Under the pieces are notes generated by a model. The model had not been told where the DNA came from and made no database searches. It worked only from the letters and a program-made list of their open reading frames with translations. From an uncultured bacterium (GTDB lineage Bacteria; Patescibacteriota; Minisyncoccia; Phycocordibacterales; DATDWN01): a DNA stretch of 64,000 nucleotides. Of the stretch, positions 1 through 8,174 are shown one piece after another. Each line of letters starts with the position of its first letter. The stretch's first letter is position 1. The stretch spans positions 50,672 through 114,671 of the forward strand of contig CAVSGX010000005.1 of assembly GCA_963727715.1 (NCBI GenBank), in the 5' to 3' direction. Both the position numbers and the translations under genes were made by a program.

Positions 1-142
1 GTGTTCACTGGTTGTCGGATGTTTCTTGTGGCATTTTGATCGGTTGTCTCCTATCATATTTGTACGTCTACATTTTTAGGAAAATAAACCAGCGGGTGTT
101 ATAATTGATCTATTATCAACTAATTTTAATTTAAGAAAAACA

Positions 143-288
143 AGACTCAATGTAATTTTTTAAGAGCCTTTCACAGGAGCTTAGAAAATTAGCGAGGTAT
201 TCCGAACATAATTTTCTTGAGCGACGAGAAGTTCGCTGGGCGAGCCCGCCCAGACAGATTGCTCTGAAAAAATTACATTGAGTCTTGT
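143..288. ncRNA. Candidate structured RNA, copy 1: a 21-bp perfect closing helix around a conserved core (cctttcRcaggagYttagaaaa ... gacgagaagttYgctgg ... ccagacagattgc)
   Basis: A second copy at 18126-18292 keeps the same core and has compensatory changes in three helices. The element sits immediately upstream of the SIMPL gene. Confidence 0.4.
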
Positions 289-301
289 TTTATACACCAC
301 C

Positions 302-1129
302 ATGTATCAATATCTAAATGAAAAACAAAAAAAGCAATTTTTGGGCGCGGTGGTCGGAGTTCTGGGGCTACTGACAATTTTTCTTTTGATTCAATCAATC
401 AATTCCATCAAACAATTTTCCTACATTGGCCACGACTTGAATTCAACTAATGTTATCACCGTGACCGGCGAAGGTTTCGTTTTGGCTGTGCCAGACACTG
501 TCACCTTTTTCTACTCTGTAATGGAGAAAGATAAAACGATTCCAGACGCCCAAAACAAAGTCAATCAAAAAAGCAACGATATTATCAATGCCCTGAAATC
601 TTTGGGTATTGCCGATGCGGATATTCAGACGACCGATTATAGTTCGTACCCGACATATGAACAATCTACGGGGTGCCCAGTCCCTCTTGGTGTTAATTCT
701 GAAACTGCAAACTATCTTTGTCCTCCAATCAAACAGATCTTGACCGGCTATGAAGTTAACCAAACGGTGACAGTCAAAGTACGCAAGACTGCTGACGCCG
801 GCGCTGCGCTGACCAAAGTTGGAGAACTTGGAGCGACAAACATAAGCGGGCTTTCTTTCATAGTGGATAATTTGGAAGCGGTGAAAGCACAAGCTCGCGA
901 CAAAGCTATCGCCGATGCCAAAGCCAAAGCTGCTGTCCTGGCCAAATCTCTGGGTGTAAAAATGACCAAAATCATTAATTTCTACGAAAATGGCAATCAA
1001 CCGATTTATTCACAGGGTGTTGACATGCTTTCGACCAAAGCTACGAATGTCCCGACTGTCGCGCCGAATCTTCCGGTGGGCCAAAACAAAATAACTTCGG
1101 ATGTCAGCATCACATACGAACTGCAATAA
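302..1129 (+). CDS. SIMPL-domain (DUF541, 26 kDa periplasmic immunogenic protein-like) protein
   Basis: The six-frame track gives 278..1129; the ATG at 302 is preferred because 278 lies inside the upstream RNA helix. N-terminal TM/signal segment; overall similarity to the SIMPL/YggE family. Confidence 0.5.
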   Translation: MYQYLNEKQKKQFLGAVVGVLGLLTIFLLIQSINSIKQFSYIGHDLNSTNVITVTGEGFVLAVPDTVTFFYSVMEKDKTIPDAQNKVNQKSNDIINALKSLGIADADIQTTDYSSYPTYEQSTGCPVPLGVNSETANYLCPPIKQILTGYEVNQTVTVKVRKTADAGAALTKVGELGATNISGLSFIVDNLEAVKAQARDKAIADAKAKAAVLAKSLGVKMTKIINFYENGNQPIYSQGVDMLSTKATNVPTVAPNLPVGQNKITSDVSITYELQ

Positions 1130-1166
1130 AGAATTTGACTTTTTGTTGTAAAGGAGTATTATGATG

Positions 1167-1190
1167 GGGAATTCCCCTCAGGGGTTTTTT
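1167..1190 (+). terminator. Rho-independent terminator (ggggaattcccctcagggg followed by a T-run)
   Basis: GC-rich hairpin followed by TTTTTT, directly after the SIMPL stop codon. Confidence 0.5.
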
Positions 1191-1202
1191 AATAGATTAA
1201 AA

Positions 1203-1276
1203 AGTAATGAGTAATAAGTAAAGAGTAAAAAATATAAAAACTTTTACATTTTACTTTTTACATCTTACTTCTTACC
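1203..1276. repeat. Hairpin repeat family, copy 1 (gtaagaagtaa-type imperfect palindrome ending in ttacttcttac)
   Basis: Related copies at 14051-14125 and 20568-20642. Confidence 0.5.
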
Positions 1277-1280
1277 AATT

Positions 1281-1460
1281 ATGTCACTCATCACATACAT
1301 CAAAGATACGCAGGGAGAGTTGAAACACGTCAACTGGCCATCCAGACGGCAGGCGGTGATTTTTTCCGTAATTGTCGTTTTGATTTCCATTTTTGTTTCC
1401 TTCTATCTCGGATTTTTTGATTATATTTTTCATCTGATTTTGCAAAAGTTTGTTTTGTAA
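1281..1460 (+). CDS. secE: Preprotein translocase subunit SecE (59 aa, below the six-frame track's 60-aa cutoff)
   Basis: Translates to ...ELKHVNWPSRRQAVIFSVIVVLISIFVSFYLGFFD..., a conserved SecE motif plus a single TM helix. Sits in the usual position upstream of nusG-rplK. Confidence 0.7.
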   Translation: MSLITYIKDTQGELKHVNWPSRRQAVIFSVIVVLISIFVSFYLGFFDYIFHLILQKFVL

Positions 1461-1484
1461 ATTATTTATCTTTAAAAATTAGCC

Positions 1485-2030
1485 ATGTCAAAACAACAAA
1501 TCTCCGAAGGTAGAAATTGGTATGCCATCCACACCTACGCCGGCTATGAAAATGCCGTGATGCGCAATTTAAAACAGCGCATTGAATCTTTGGGCATGGA
1601 AGATAAAATTTTTGATGTTATCGTGCCGACTGAGAAAAAAATAAAAATCAAAGGAGGCAAGCGGGTGGAAGAAGAAGAAAAAATTTACCCCGGCTACGTT
1701 TTGGTGGATATGATTGTGACCGAGGAATCTTGGTATGTCGTTCGCAACACTCCACGAGTCACCGGTTTTGTCGGCTCTGGCATCTATCCGGTCAAAATTG
1801 ACAAAAAAGAAATTGAAGAACTTTTCGCCAGAATGAATGCGCACACCGTCAAACACAAAATAGACTTGGCCAAAAACGATTCGGTGGTCATTGTTGACGG
1901 GCCGTTCAAAGATTTGGAAGGTAAAGTTTCGGAGTTGGATGAAGAACGCGGTAAAGTCAAAGTCTTGGTGGCTATGTTTGGTCGCGAAACACCGGTGGAG
2001 CTGGATTTCTTACAAGTAAAAAGAATTTGA
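1485..2030 (+). CDS. nusG: Transcription termination/antitermination factor NusG
   Basis: NGN domain (WYAIHTYAGYEN) plus a C-terminal KOW motif; secE-nusG-rplK synteny. Confidence 0.9.
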   Translation: MSKQQISEGRNWYAIHTYAGYENAVMRNLKQRIESLGMEDKIFDVIVPTEKKIKIKGGKRVEEEEKIYPGYVLVDMIVTEESWYVVRNTPRVTGFVGSGIYPVKIDKKEIEELFARMNAHTVKHKIDLAKNDSVVIVDGPFKDLEGKVSELDEERGKVKVLVAMFGRETPVELDFLQVKRI

Positions 2031-2055
2031 AAGTTTTTCAAATTTAATATATAGT
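2027..2055 (+). promoter_or_regulatory. Candidate sigma70-type promoter (TTGAAA, 17-nt spacer, TATAGT) upstream of rplK
   Basis: Hexamers read directly from the sequence. Confidence 0.35.
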
Positions 2056-2133
2056 ACCGATTCTCGCACTTCTCGGGAAAACACAGGCTAAAACATTTTG
2101 ATTACAAAATATTCGCCTAAATAAAACAAAAGA

Positions 2134-2556
2134 ATGGCAAAAAAAGTTACAAAAAAATTAAAACTAGTGGCCCCGGCCGGTAAAATTACCCCGGCTCCGC
2201 CTTATGGCCCAGCTTTAGGCCAGGCCGGCATCAACATCGGCGAGTTTGTTAAACAATTCAACGATGCCACGGCCAAAATGGCAGGCGATCTTGTGCCTGT
2301 GGAAATTTCCGTTTATGAAGATCGCACTTTTTCTTTTGTTTTGAAAACTCCGCCGGCTTCCAATCTAATTTTAAAAGCTCTCGGTAAAGAAAAAGGCAGT
2401 GGCAAAAACACTGTTTCCAAAATCGGCACGCTCTCAAAAGCCCAACTGCGCGAAATCGCCGAAAAGAAAATGCCAGATCTCAACGCCAATGATATTGACG
2501 TAGCCATGAAAATCATCGCCGGCTCGGCTAGGAGCATGGGTGTTGAAGTGAAATAA
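2134..2556 (+). CDS. rplK: 50S ribosomal protein L11
   Basis: Conserved L11 sequence ([17 protein letters not shown]...). Confidence 0.95.
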   Translation: MAKKVTKKLKLVAPAGKITPAPPYGPALGQAGINIGEFVKQFNDATAKMAGDLVPVEISVYEDRTFSFVLKTPPASNLILKALGKEKGSGKNTVSKIGTLSKAQLREIAEKKMPDLNANDIDVAMKIIAGSARSMGVEVK

Positions 2557-2584
2557 TAAGTCTCAAATATATAAATAAAAAATC

Positions 2585-2607
2585 CGACCGCGAGGCCGGT
2601 TTTTTTG
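2585..2607 (+). terminator. Rho-independent terminator after rplK
   Basis: ccgaccgcgaggccgg hairpin followed by a T7 run. No rplA follows. Confidence 0.45.
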
Positions 2608-2678
2608 ACACACCAAAAAAATCTGTGAAGTGTTTTTTTGATTAAAAATGTGCTACTAATTGTTACAGAGAGGATAAA

Positions 2679-3032
2679 ATGATTCTAGTCGCGCATATAC
2701 CTTATTTGGAGATGAGACATTTAAAGTGGTTTGCTAAATATCAGCAAGCGCCACTTTTTCTAATACCGGAAGACATAATCTCGGATTTTTTAGCATCTAA
2801 TCTGGACACTGACGCTCTACCGGTTGAAATAATGGAAAAGATTCTTTTGGGGTTGGATTGTCCTCCTTCGGTGAGAAGTGTTGAGATCCTCGATGTCGAA
2901 AAAATCCCTAAAGTCTCTGGCGATTCCGCTTCTAGTCAAACTTATATTTTCCCGGATGAACCTGTGTCTCGTTTTGTGGTGGAGAAATATTTCACTGGCA
3001 TAAAAGGAAGAGTTCTTTTTGAGAAAATCTGA
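2679..3032 (+). CDS. Hypothetical protein
   Basis: ORF only. Confidence 0.3.
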   Translation: MILVAHIPYLEMRHLKWFAKYQQAPLFLIPEDIISDFLASNLDTDALPVEIMEKILLGLDCPPSVRSVEILDVEKIPKVSGDSASSQTYIFPDEPVSRFVVEKYFTGIKGRVLFEKI

Positions 3033-3111
3033 CTGGTCGCAGAGCATCGATGATTTGTCGTTGCTCTTTTCCTTTTTACTTAATTGTGTTAGTCTGGTGG
3101 TAGAGGAAATC

Positions 3112-4209
3112 ATGGTTCTTTCACAACAGTCTCTAAAGAAAATCATGTTGGGTGTCAACCCAATGATTATTTGTTCGGAAGATTTTTCAGACAAATGTAT
3201 TCAACCGGCAAGTGTAGACATACCGCTTTCAAATCGCTGTTTCCGAGTCTCGGTCAGTGCCCTGCCTAACAACGGACATACGATGACCGAACTCTTGAAC
3301 CGTTTTAAGATGTATGACTTCGAGCTTAAGCACGAAGGAGGTTTGCTCGAAAAGGGCATGACATATGTTTTGCCACTTTCAATGAATCTGTCTCTGGGCC
3401 AGCAATTTCGGGCATTGTTTTCGCCAAAAAGTACAACAGGTAGAAACGATGTCTTCGCCAGAGTCATCACAGAATCTGGCAAGACATTTGATCTGACCGA
3501 ATTTGGTTATCAAGGGAAGCTGTATCTGGAAGTGACACCACTGTCTTTTCACTGCACTGTCTACCCATTTGAGTCTTTGACTCAAATGAGATTGTCTACT
3601 GCTAGTGACAATCGTCTTTCCAGTGAGGAACTTGCTATTCTCCATTCGCAATATGGTATTGTCAGAAATCAAAATGGTGATGTGGTGGGGGCAACCATTG
3701 GGGGCGATTCTCTTTATTTGCATTTGGATTTGAGCAACGGAGCTCAAACCGCAGGTTATGAGTCTCTAAAAAATCCGGAAGGATGCGTCCATCTCGGGAG
3801 CAAAGAAGTTGATACTAAGGAAGAATTTTGGAGACGAATCAGACCGACCTCTCATGGCGATTTGATACTCTATCCGGATTCTTTCTATCTATTGTCGACT
3901 CGCGAAAGGATTGTCATACCACCGAACGTCTGCGCTACCATGCAGGAATACTCGGTCGGTATGGGAGAGTTTCGTAGTCACTATGCCGGATTCTTCGACA
4001 ATGGTTTTGGTGGTGAAAATGGCACCCAGGGTGTTCTGGAGTTTCGTTCTCGGGATTTGCCGGTCAGGTTTTGCGATGGCCAGCAGATTTGTCGTCTGGT
4101 TTTCTATAAAACTGATGAGATTCCGGAAAAGTTATATGGGAAAGGTTCACATTACACCGGTTCTGGCCCAAGATTGGCCAAGAACTTCATAAATTATTTG
4201 GAATGGTAA
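3112..4209 (+). CDS. Long-form dCTP deaminase-like protein (DCD / dUTPase superfamily)
   Basis: IQPASVDIPL motif typical of dCTP deaminase; length about 365 aa. Start chosen at the first in-frame Met after the upstream stop. Confidence 0.45.
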   Translation: MVLSQQSLKKIMLGVNPMIICSEDFSDKCIQPASVDIPLSNRCFRVSVSALPNNGHTMTELLNRFKMYDFELKHEGGLLEKGMTYVLPLSMNLSLGQQFRALFSPKSTTGRNDVFARVITESGKTFDLTEFGYQGKLYLEVTPLSFHCTVYPFESLTQMRLSTASDNRLSSEELAILHSQYGIVRNQNGDVVGATIGGDSLYLHLDLSNGAQTAGYESLKNPEGCVHLGSKEVDTKEEFWRRIRPTSHGDLILYPDSFYLLSTRERIVIPPNVCATMQEYSVGMGEFRSHYAGFFDNGFGGENGTQGVLEFRSRDLPVRFCDGQQICRLVFYKTDEIPEKLYGKGSHYTGSGPRLAKNFINYLEW

Positions 4210-4249
4210 AACAAAATCCAGTCGCCTGTGTGACTGGATGTTTTTTTGA

Positions 4250-5608
4250 CTAATTTTTCATGATGATGTCTTGGGTGCCACGACGTACATCAAAACGATT
4301 TGGCTCTGGGTCAAGATGGAGAATCAGACCATCTCTACCAAATCGCATTTTTAACACATCTGCCATTTGAAAAGCTCGTTCTCGCAGTGTCGGATGAACG
4401 AATCGAGTACCGCGGAGTTCCACTAAATAAACTAAAGCGTGTAAATCACCAGTCACACGGTTTGTGGTGTTGAATCCCATACCAGTGTAGTATTGTTTGA
4501 TATCTTTTGTTGTTGGCAAGTTGTCTATGAGGACGACTTGTTCATTAATAAAAGATTTCATTTCTCCACGTAAACCTTCTCCAAGTTCGGATAAGTACCA
4601 CGGATGGAATCCGTATTTGGTGGATAGCAGTGGCATTTGTTGAGTCACGGCTCTGTGTCTTTGAATGTCGCGGAAAGAGCCAAAATCCAAAAAGAATTCA
4701 AAAGTTACATTACCACACTCTTTTATCTTTTTCGGCAACTCTGTCTTTGCCGGCCTGCTTCCCATCGCATTTTTGTATTCACGGAGTAGCGCTAAGTTGA
4801 CGTTATCAAAAAAAAGAAAATCTTCCCTCAAATCTGAATCAAAATAGTATCCCCTCATCATTTCCTTGACGTATTCTTCTGTTGCAGGGTACCTTTTGCT
4901 GGAGAAAGAACTCGGGTACTTTTCAATCAAAGCACTTTCCACTGCTTTAGCCACTTCACGCACTTCTTCAAGTGGATGATGGCGGAGCCAGAGAAGCTCA
5001 TCGGCAAATTGACGCAAATTCATATGCCAAGTCAGGTCAGTTGTCGCACCGGCCGGCAAGAAACTGCGCATAATGTCAAAAGCTCTAGCATTGATTGCCT
5101 TTTGATATACTACTTCATCCTCGCCTTTATTTATCGGAAAGCGAGACTTAAGGCTGATTTGTAACCAATCAAGACCATGAAGATAGGCCGTCCTCCACCT
5201 TTCTTGAATCTTTTCACCATCAGCTGTGCCGAGAGGATTCAGGAAAGTTTGTCTGGAGAAATCAATAAACCGAGTTGATGATTCCTGGCCGTTATAAAGT
5301 GGCCAGTCTTGAACTGCTTTCGGTACAAACATAGACACGCCTTCAATAATGACCGTAGCATTACCACAGTCACCAATAGATTTGTGTCCGTAACCTATAT
5401 AGAACTTTTCCATGAATTTTTTTGCCCCGAATTCGATCAGGGTTTTCATATGTTCAAAGAATCCACCAACAGAACGAGACTTCATGGCTTGTACCATAGC
5501 CAACTCTTCCGGTCCCAAAACGGCGCCGGTGTCTACCACAATAACTTGCCCACCGTTTCTGAGCGGACGATGAATGTGTTTCAAAGAACTTATGGAAATT
5601 ATGTCCAT
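4250..5608 (-). CDS. ThyX (Thy1)-like flavin-dependent thymidylate synthase homolog with a non-canonical active-site motif and a roughly 190-aa C-terminal extension
   Basis: GYGHKSIGDCGNATVII resembles the ThyX GHETPFEH region. W.hN.R...F...LR...E.R resembles the ThyX C-terminal helix. An ESSTRF segment aligns to ThyX SGRY, but WPL replaces the RHR triad. Confidence 0.4.
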   Translation of the reverse strand: MDIISISSLKHIHRPLRNGGQVIVVDTGAVLGPEELAMVQAMKSRSVGGFFEHMKTLIEFGAKKFMEKFYIGYGHKSIGDCGNATVIIEGVSMFVPKAVQDWPLYNGQESSTRFIDFSRQTFLNPLGTADGEKIQERWRTAYLHGLDWLQISLKSRFPINKGEDEVVYQKAINARAFDIMRSFLPAGATTDLTWHMNLRQFADELLWLRHHPLEEVREVAKAVESALIEKYPSSFSSKRYPATEEYVKEMMRGYYFDSDLREDFLFFDNVNLALLREYKNAMGSRPAKTELPKKIKECGNVTFEFFLDFGSFRDIQRHRAVTQQMPLLSTKYGFHPWYLSELGEGLRGEMKSFINEQVVLIDNLPTTKDIKQYYTGMGFNTTNRVTGDLHALVYLVELRGTRFVHPTLRERAFQMADVLKMRFGRDGLILHLDPEPNRFDVRRGTQDIIMKN

Positions 5609-5697
5609 AGTTACCTCTACGATTAGGATACGTTTTATTTTTACAAAGTCAATTGACTTTTTTAGACAAAATCGCTATTCTGGCGAAGGAGGTTTTC

Positions 5698-6318
5698 ATG
5701 AGAGGTAAGTTCATTGTGATTGAGGGTGGGGATTGCTCCGGGAAAAGTACCTTTATGCGTTTTTTGATGGAGAAGCACCCGGCACCACAGTTTTGTTATA
5801 CAAACGAACCTGGTGGGAATCCATATGGGATGAAGATCCGGTATCTTCTTTTAAATGAGGAAGGTGCAGAGGAATCAGATAACTCAACTAAGTTCCATTT
5901 ATATTGGGCTTCGAAGGTTGAAAATTTTAGAAAAGTCATATTTCCACATCTTGATAAGGGGATAACGGTTGTGACTGACAGGTTTGAAGGTTCAACCTTT
6001 GCCTACCAAGTTTCTGAAGACCATAGGCTGGAAAATCTCTTCTGGCAAACACGTGAAGCTTGTTTGCGTCGCGTCGTTCCCTTCTACATCCATTTTGATG
6101 TTGATGTTGAAACTCAGATAGCTCGGGCGAAAGCAAGGATCGGCGAGCAGAATTACTTTGATGCCAGGGGCATCGAATATCGCCAGAAAATTTGTCGGGC
6201 TTATCGAAGGTTTTTCGATGACAAGAGAATTAAGTCTCGCCGGGTTGATTCCAGTCTTCCCAAAGACGAGATGCTATCATCGGCCTACGATGTGTTTAAA
6301 GAAATAGTCGGTTTATAA
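5698..6318 (+). CDS. Thymidylate/dNMP kinase family P-loop kinase
   Basis: FIVIEGGDCSGKST Walker A motif with tmk-like spacing. An AGGAGG Shine-Dalgarno sequence lies upstream of the ATG at 5698. Confidence 0.55.
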   Translation: MRGKFIVIEGGDCSGKSTFMRFLMEKHPAPQFCYTNEPGGNPYGMKIRYLLLNEEGAEESDNSTKFHLYWASKVENFRKVIFPHLDKGITVVTDRFEGSTFAYQVSEDHRLENLFWQTREACLRRVVPFYIHFDVDVETQIARAKARIGEQNYFDARGIEYRQKICRAYRRFFDDKRIKSRRVDSSLPKDEMLSSAYDVFKEIVGL

Positions 6319-6320
6319 AG

Positions 6321-6353
6321 ACTTGGCGCGAAACTTGCACCAAGTTATTTTTT
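6321..6353 (+). terminator. Hairpin (acttgg...ccaagt) followed by a T-run
   Basis: Inverted repeat followed by TTTTTT. Confidence 0.4.
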
Positions 6354-6390
6354 ACTTCAAAAAATGTCGTGTCAATGATATAGTTGTCAT

Positions 6391-8133
6391 ATGTTTTCCG
6401 AGAAAATCAAAAAATGGGTAATGGAAACTCTTGACGCGAATGAAGCTGATTTTGTCGTGGAATATCCGGCAGAAATGGCTTTTGGTGACTATTCAACAAA
6501 TGTGGCCATGGTCTTGGCTAAAACTGAAAAGAAAAATCCAAAAGAACTGGCTGAAAAATTCGCGACAAAATTAAATGATAAAAAAATTCCCGAAGTGGGA
6601 GCAATAACCGTGGCAGGACCTGGGTTTATAAACTTCTTTCTAAAGCCAGAAGTTTTTGCCAGCGTGGTGGAGGAAGCAATCAAAAATGGCTCAAATGTTG
6701 GTCATAATAAAAATCTGAAAGGCCAAAAAATTTTGGTGGAGTACACCGACCCGAACCCGTTCAAGGAATTTCATATTGGGCATCTTATGAGCAACGCCAT
6801 TGGCGAATCAATTTCGCGAATAATTTCTGCCGAAGGCGCGGAGGTCAAGCGAGCCTGTTATCAGGGCGATGTTGGTCTTCATGTGGCCAAAGCGGTTTGG
6901 GCCATGAAAAATTCAACACCTGATTTAAAATCGCAAGAATATTTTCCCAGAGAATCTGATCCCATAAATAAGAAAATTGAATTTTTAGGTCAGGCATATA
7001 CCACCGGCGCGTTGGCTTATGAAAATCAACCTGAATCAAAGGAAAATATAAATGAAATAAACAAAAAAATTTATGACCAAACTGATTCCGAAATAAATGA
7101 TTTATATAAAAAGGGCAGGAAATGGAGTCTTGATTATTTTGAAACAATGTATTTTCTGTTAGGGATGAAGAAACAAAACGATGGAAAAGCTTTCAATTTT
7201 TATTTTTTTGAATCCGAAACTGGAAAATTTGGAAAAGAAATCGTAGAAAAAAATGTCGGCAAAATTTTTGAGAAAAGTGATGGCGCCATTATTTTTCACG
7301 GAGAAAAATATGATGAAAGTTTGCATACAAGAGTTTTTATAAACAAAGATGGTCTACCGACATATGAAGCCAAAGAACTCGGGCTTTCAAAAATAAAATA
7401 TGGTAAATATTCTTATGATCTATCAATTATCATAACCGGTAATGAAATAAACGACTATTTCAAAGTTTTACTGAAAGCCATGTCTCTCATTTTTCCTGAT
7501 TTGGCTGTGAAAACCAAACATATTTCTCACGGAATGCTTCGGTTGCCTTCCGGGAAAATGTCCTCGCGAACAGGTGATGTCATTACAACCTTGTCGCTTA
7601 TTGATGAAATAAAAAATCTGATTTTGCAGAAAATGTCGGAGCGAAAAATGTCAGCCGAGCAAAAAGAAAAAGTGGCTGAAGAGGTGGCCACCGGCGCGCT
7701 GAAGTTTTCCATTTTGAAACAATCAGCTGGCAAGGATATTATTTTTGATTTTGAAAAATCAGTTTCTTTTGAAGGTGACTCCGGACCGTACTTGCAGTAC
7801 GCGACAGTGCGTGCCAATTCCATTTTGAAAAAATCCGGAAAAATTTCGCCAAACACTAAAATGCCGGCTGATTGGCAGACGACGAATTTGGAAAAAATGT
7901 TTGAAAGATTTGAAAGTGTCGTCGCTCGGGCCGGCGCGGAATACGCTCCGCATTATATTGTCACATATCTGGTGGAGCTTGCTTCCGAATTCAACTCTTT
8001 TTACGCCAAACACAAAATAATAGACAAAACCGACCCGACTTCGCCTTACAAACTGGCGCTAACTCAAAGTTTCGCAAATATAATGACTTCTGGCCTTGAC
8101 CTGCTCGGCATTGCCGTGCCAGAGGAGATGTAG
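6391..8133 (+). CDS. argS: Arginine--tRNA ligase
   Basis: HIGH motif (HIGHLMS), KMSSRTGD (KMSKS-like), and a C-terminal DALR-type domain. Confidence 0.9.
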   Translation: MFSEKIKKWVMETLDANEADFVVEYPAEMAFGDYSTNVAMVLAKTEKKNPKELAEKFATKLNDKKIPEVGAITVAGPGFINFFLKPEVFASVVEEAIKNGSNVGHNKNLKGQKILVEYTDPNPFKEFHIGHLMSNAIGESISRIISAEGAEVKRACYQGDVGLHVAKAVWAMKNSTPDLKSQEYFPRESDPINKKIEFLGQAYTTGALAYENQPESKENINEINKKIYDQTDSEINDLYKKGRKWSLDYFETMYFLLGMKKQNDGKAFNFYFFESETGKFGKEIVEKNVGKIFEKSDGAIIFHGEKYDESLHTRVFINKDGLPTYEAKELGLSKIKYGKYSYDLSIIITGNEINDYFKVLLKAMSLIFPDLAVKTKHISHGMLRLPSGKMSSRTGDVITTLSLIDEIKNLILQKMSERKMSAEQKEKVAEEVATGALKFSILKQSAGKDIIFDFEKSVSFEGDSGPYLQYATVRANSILKKSGKISPNTKMPADWQTTNLEKMFERFESVVARAGAEYAPHYIVTYLVELASEFNSFYAKHKIIDKTDPTSPYKLALTQSFANIMTSGLDLLGIAVPEEM

Positions 8134-8174
8134 AAATTTTTTGAAAAAAATCGCAGAAATGCTAGTATGTAAGA

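Noticed and set aside
443-1000. Antisense ORFs inside confidently called genes (443..1000, 1569..1856, 8232..8615, 14371..14940, 15033..15641 and 47189..47425 are examples)
   Set aside because: Each is fully nested in and antisense to a conserved gene. They lack RBS or start context and recognisable domains.
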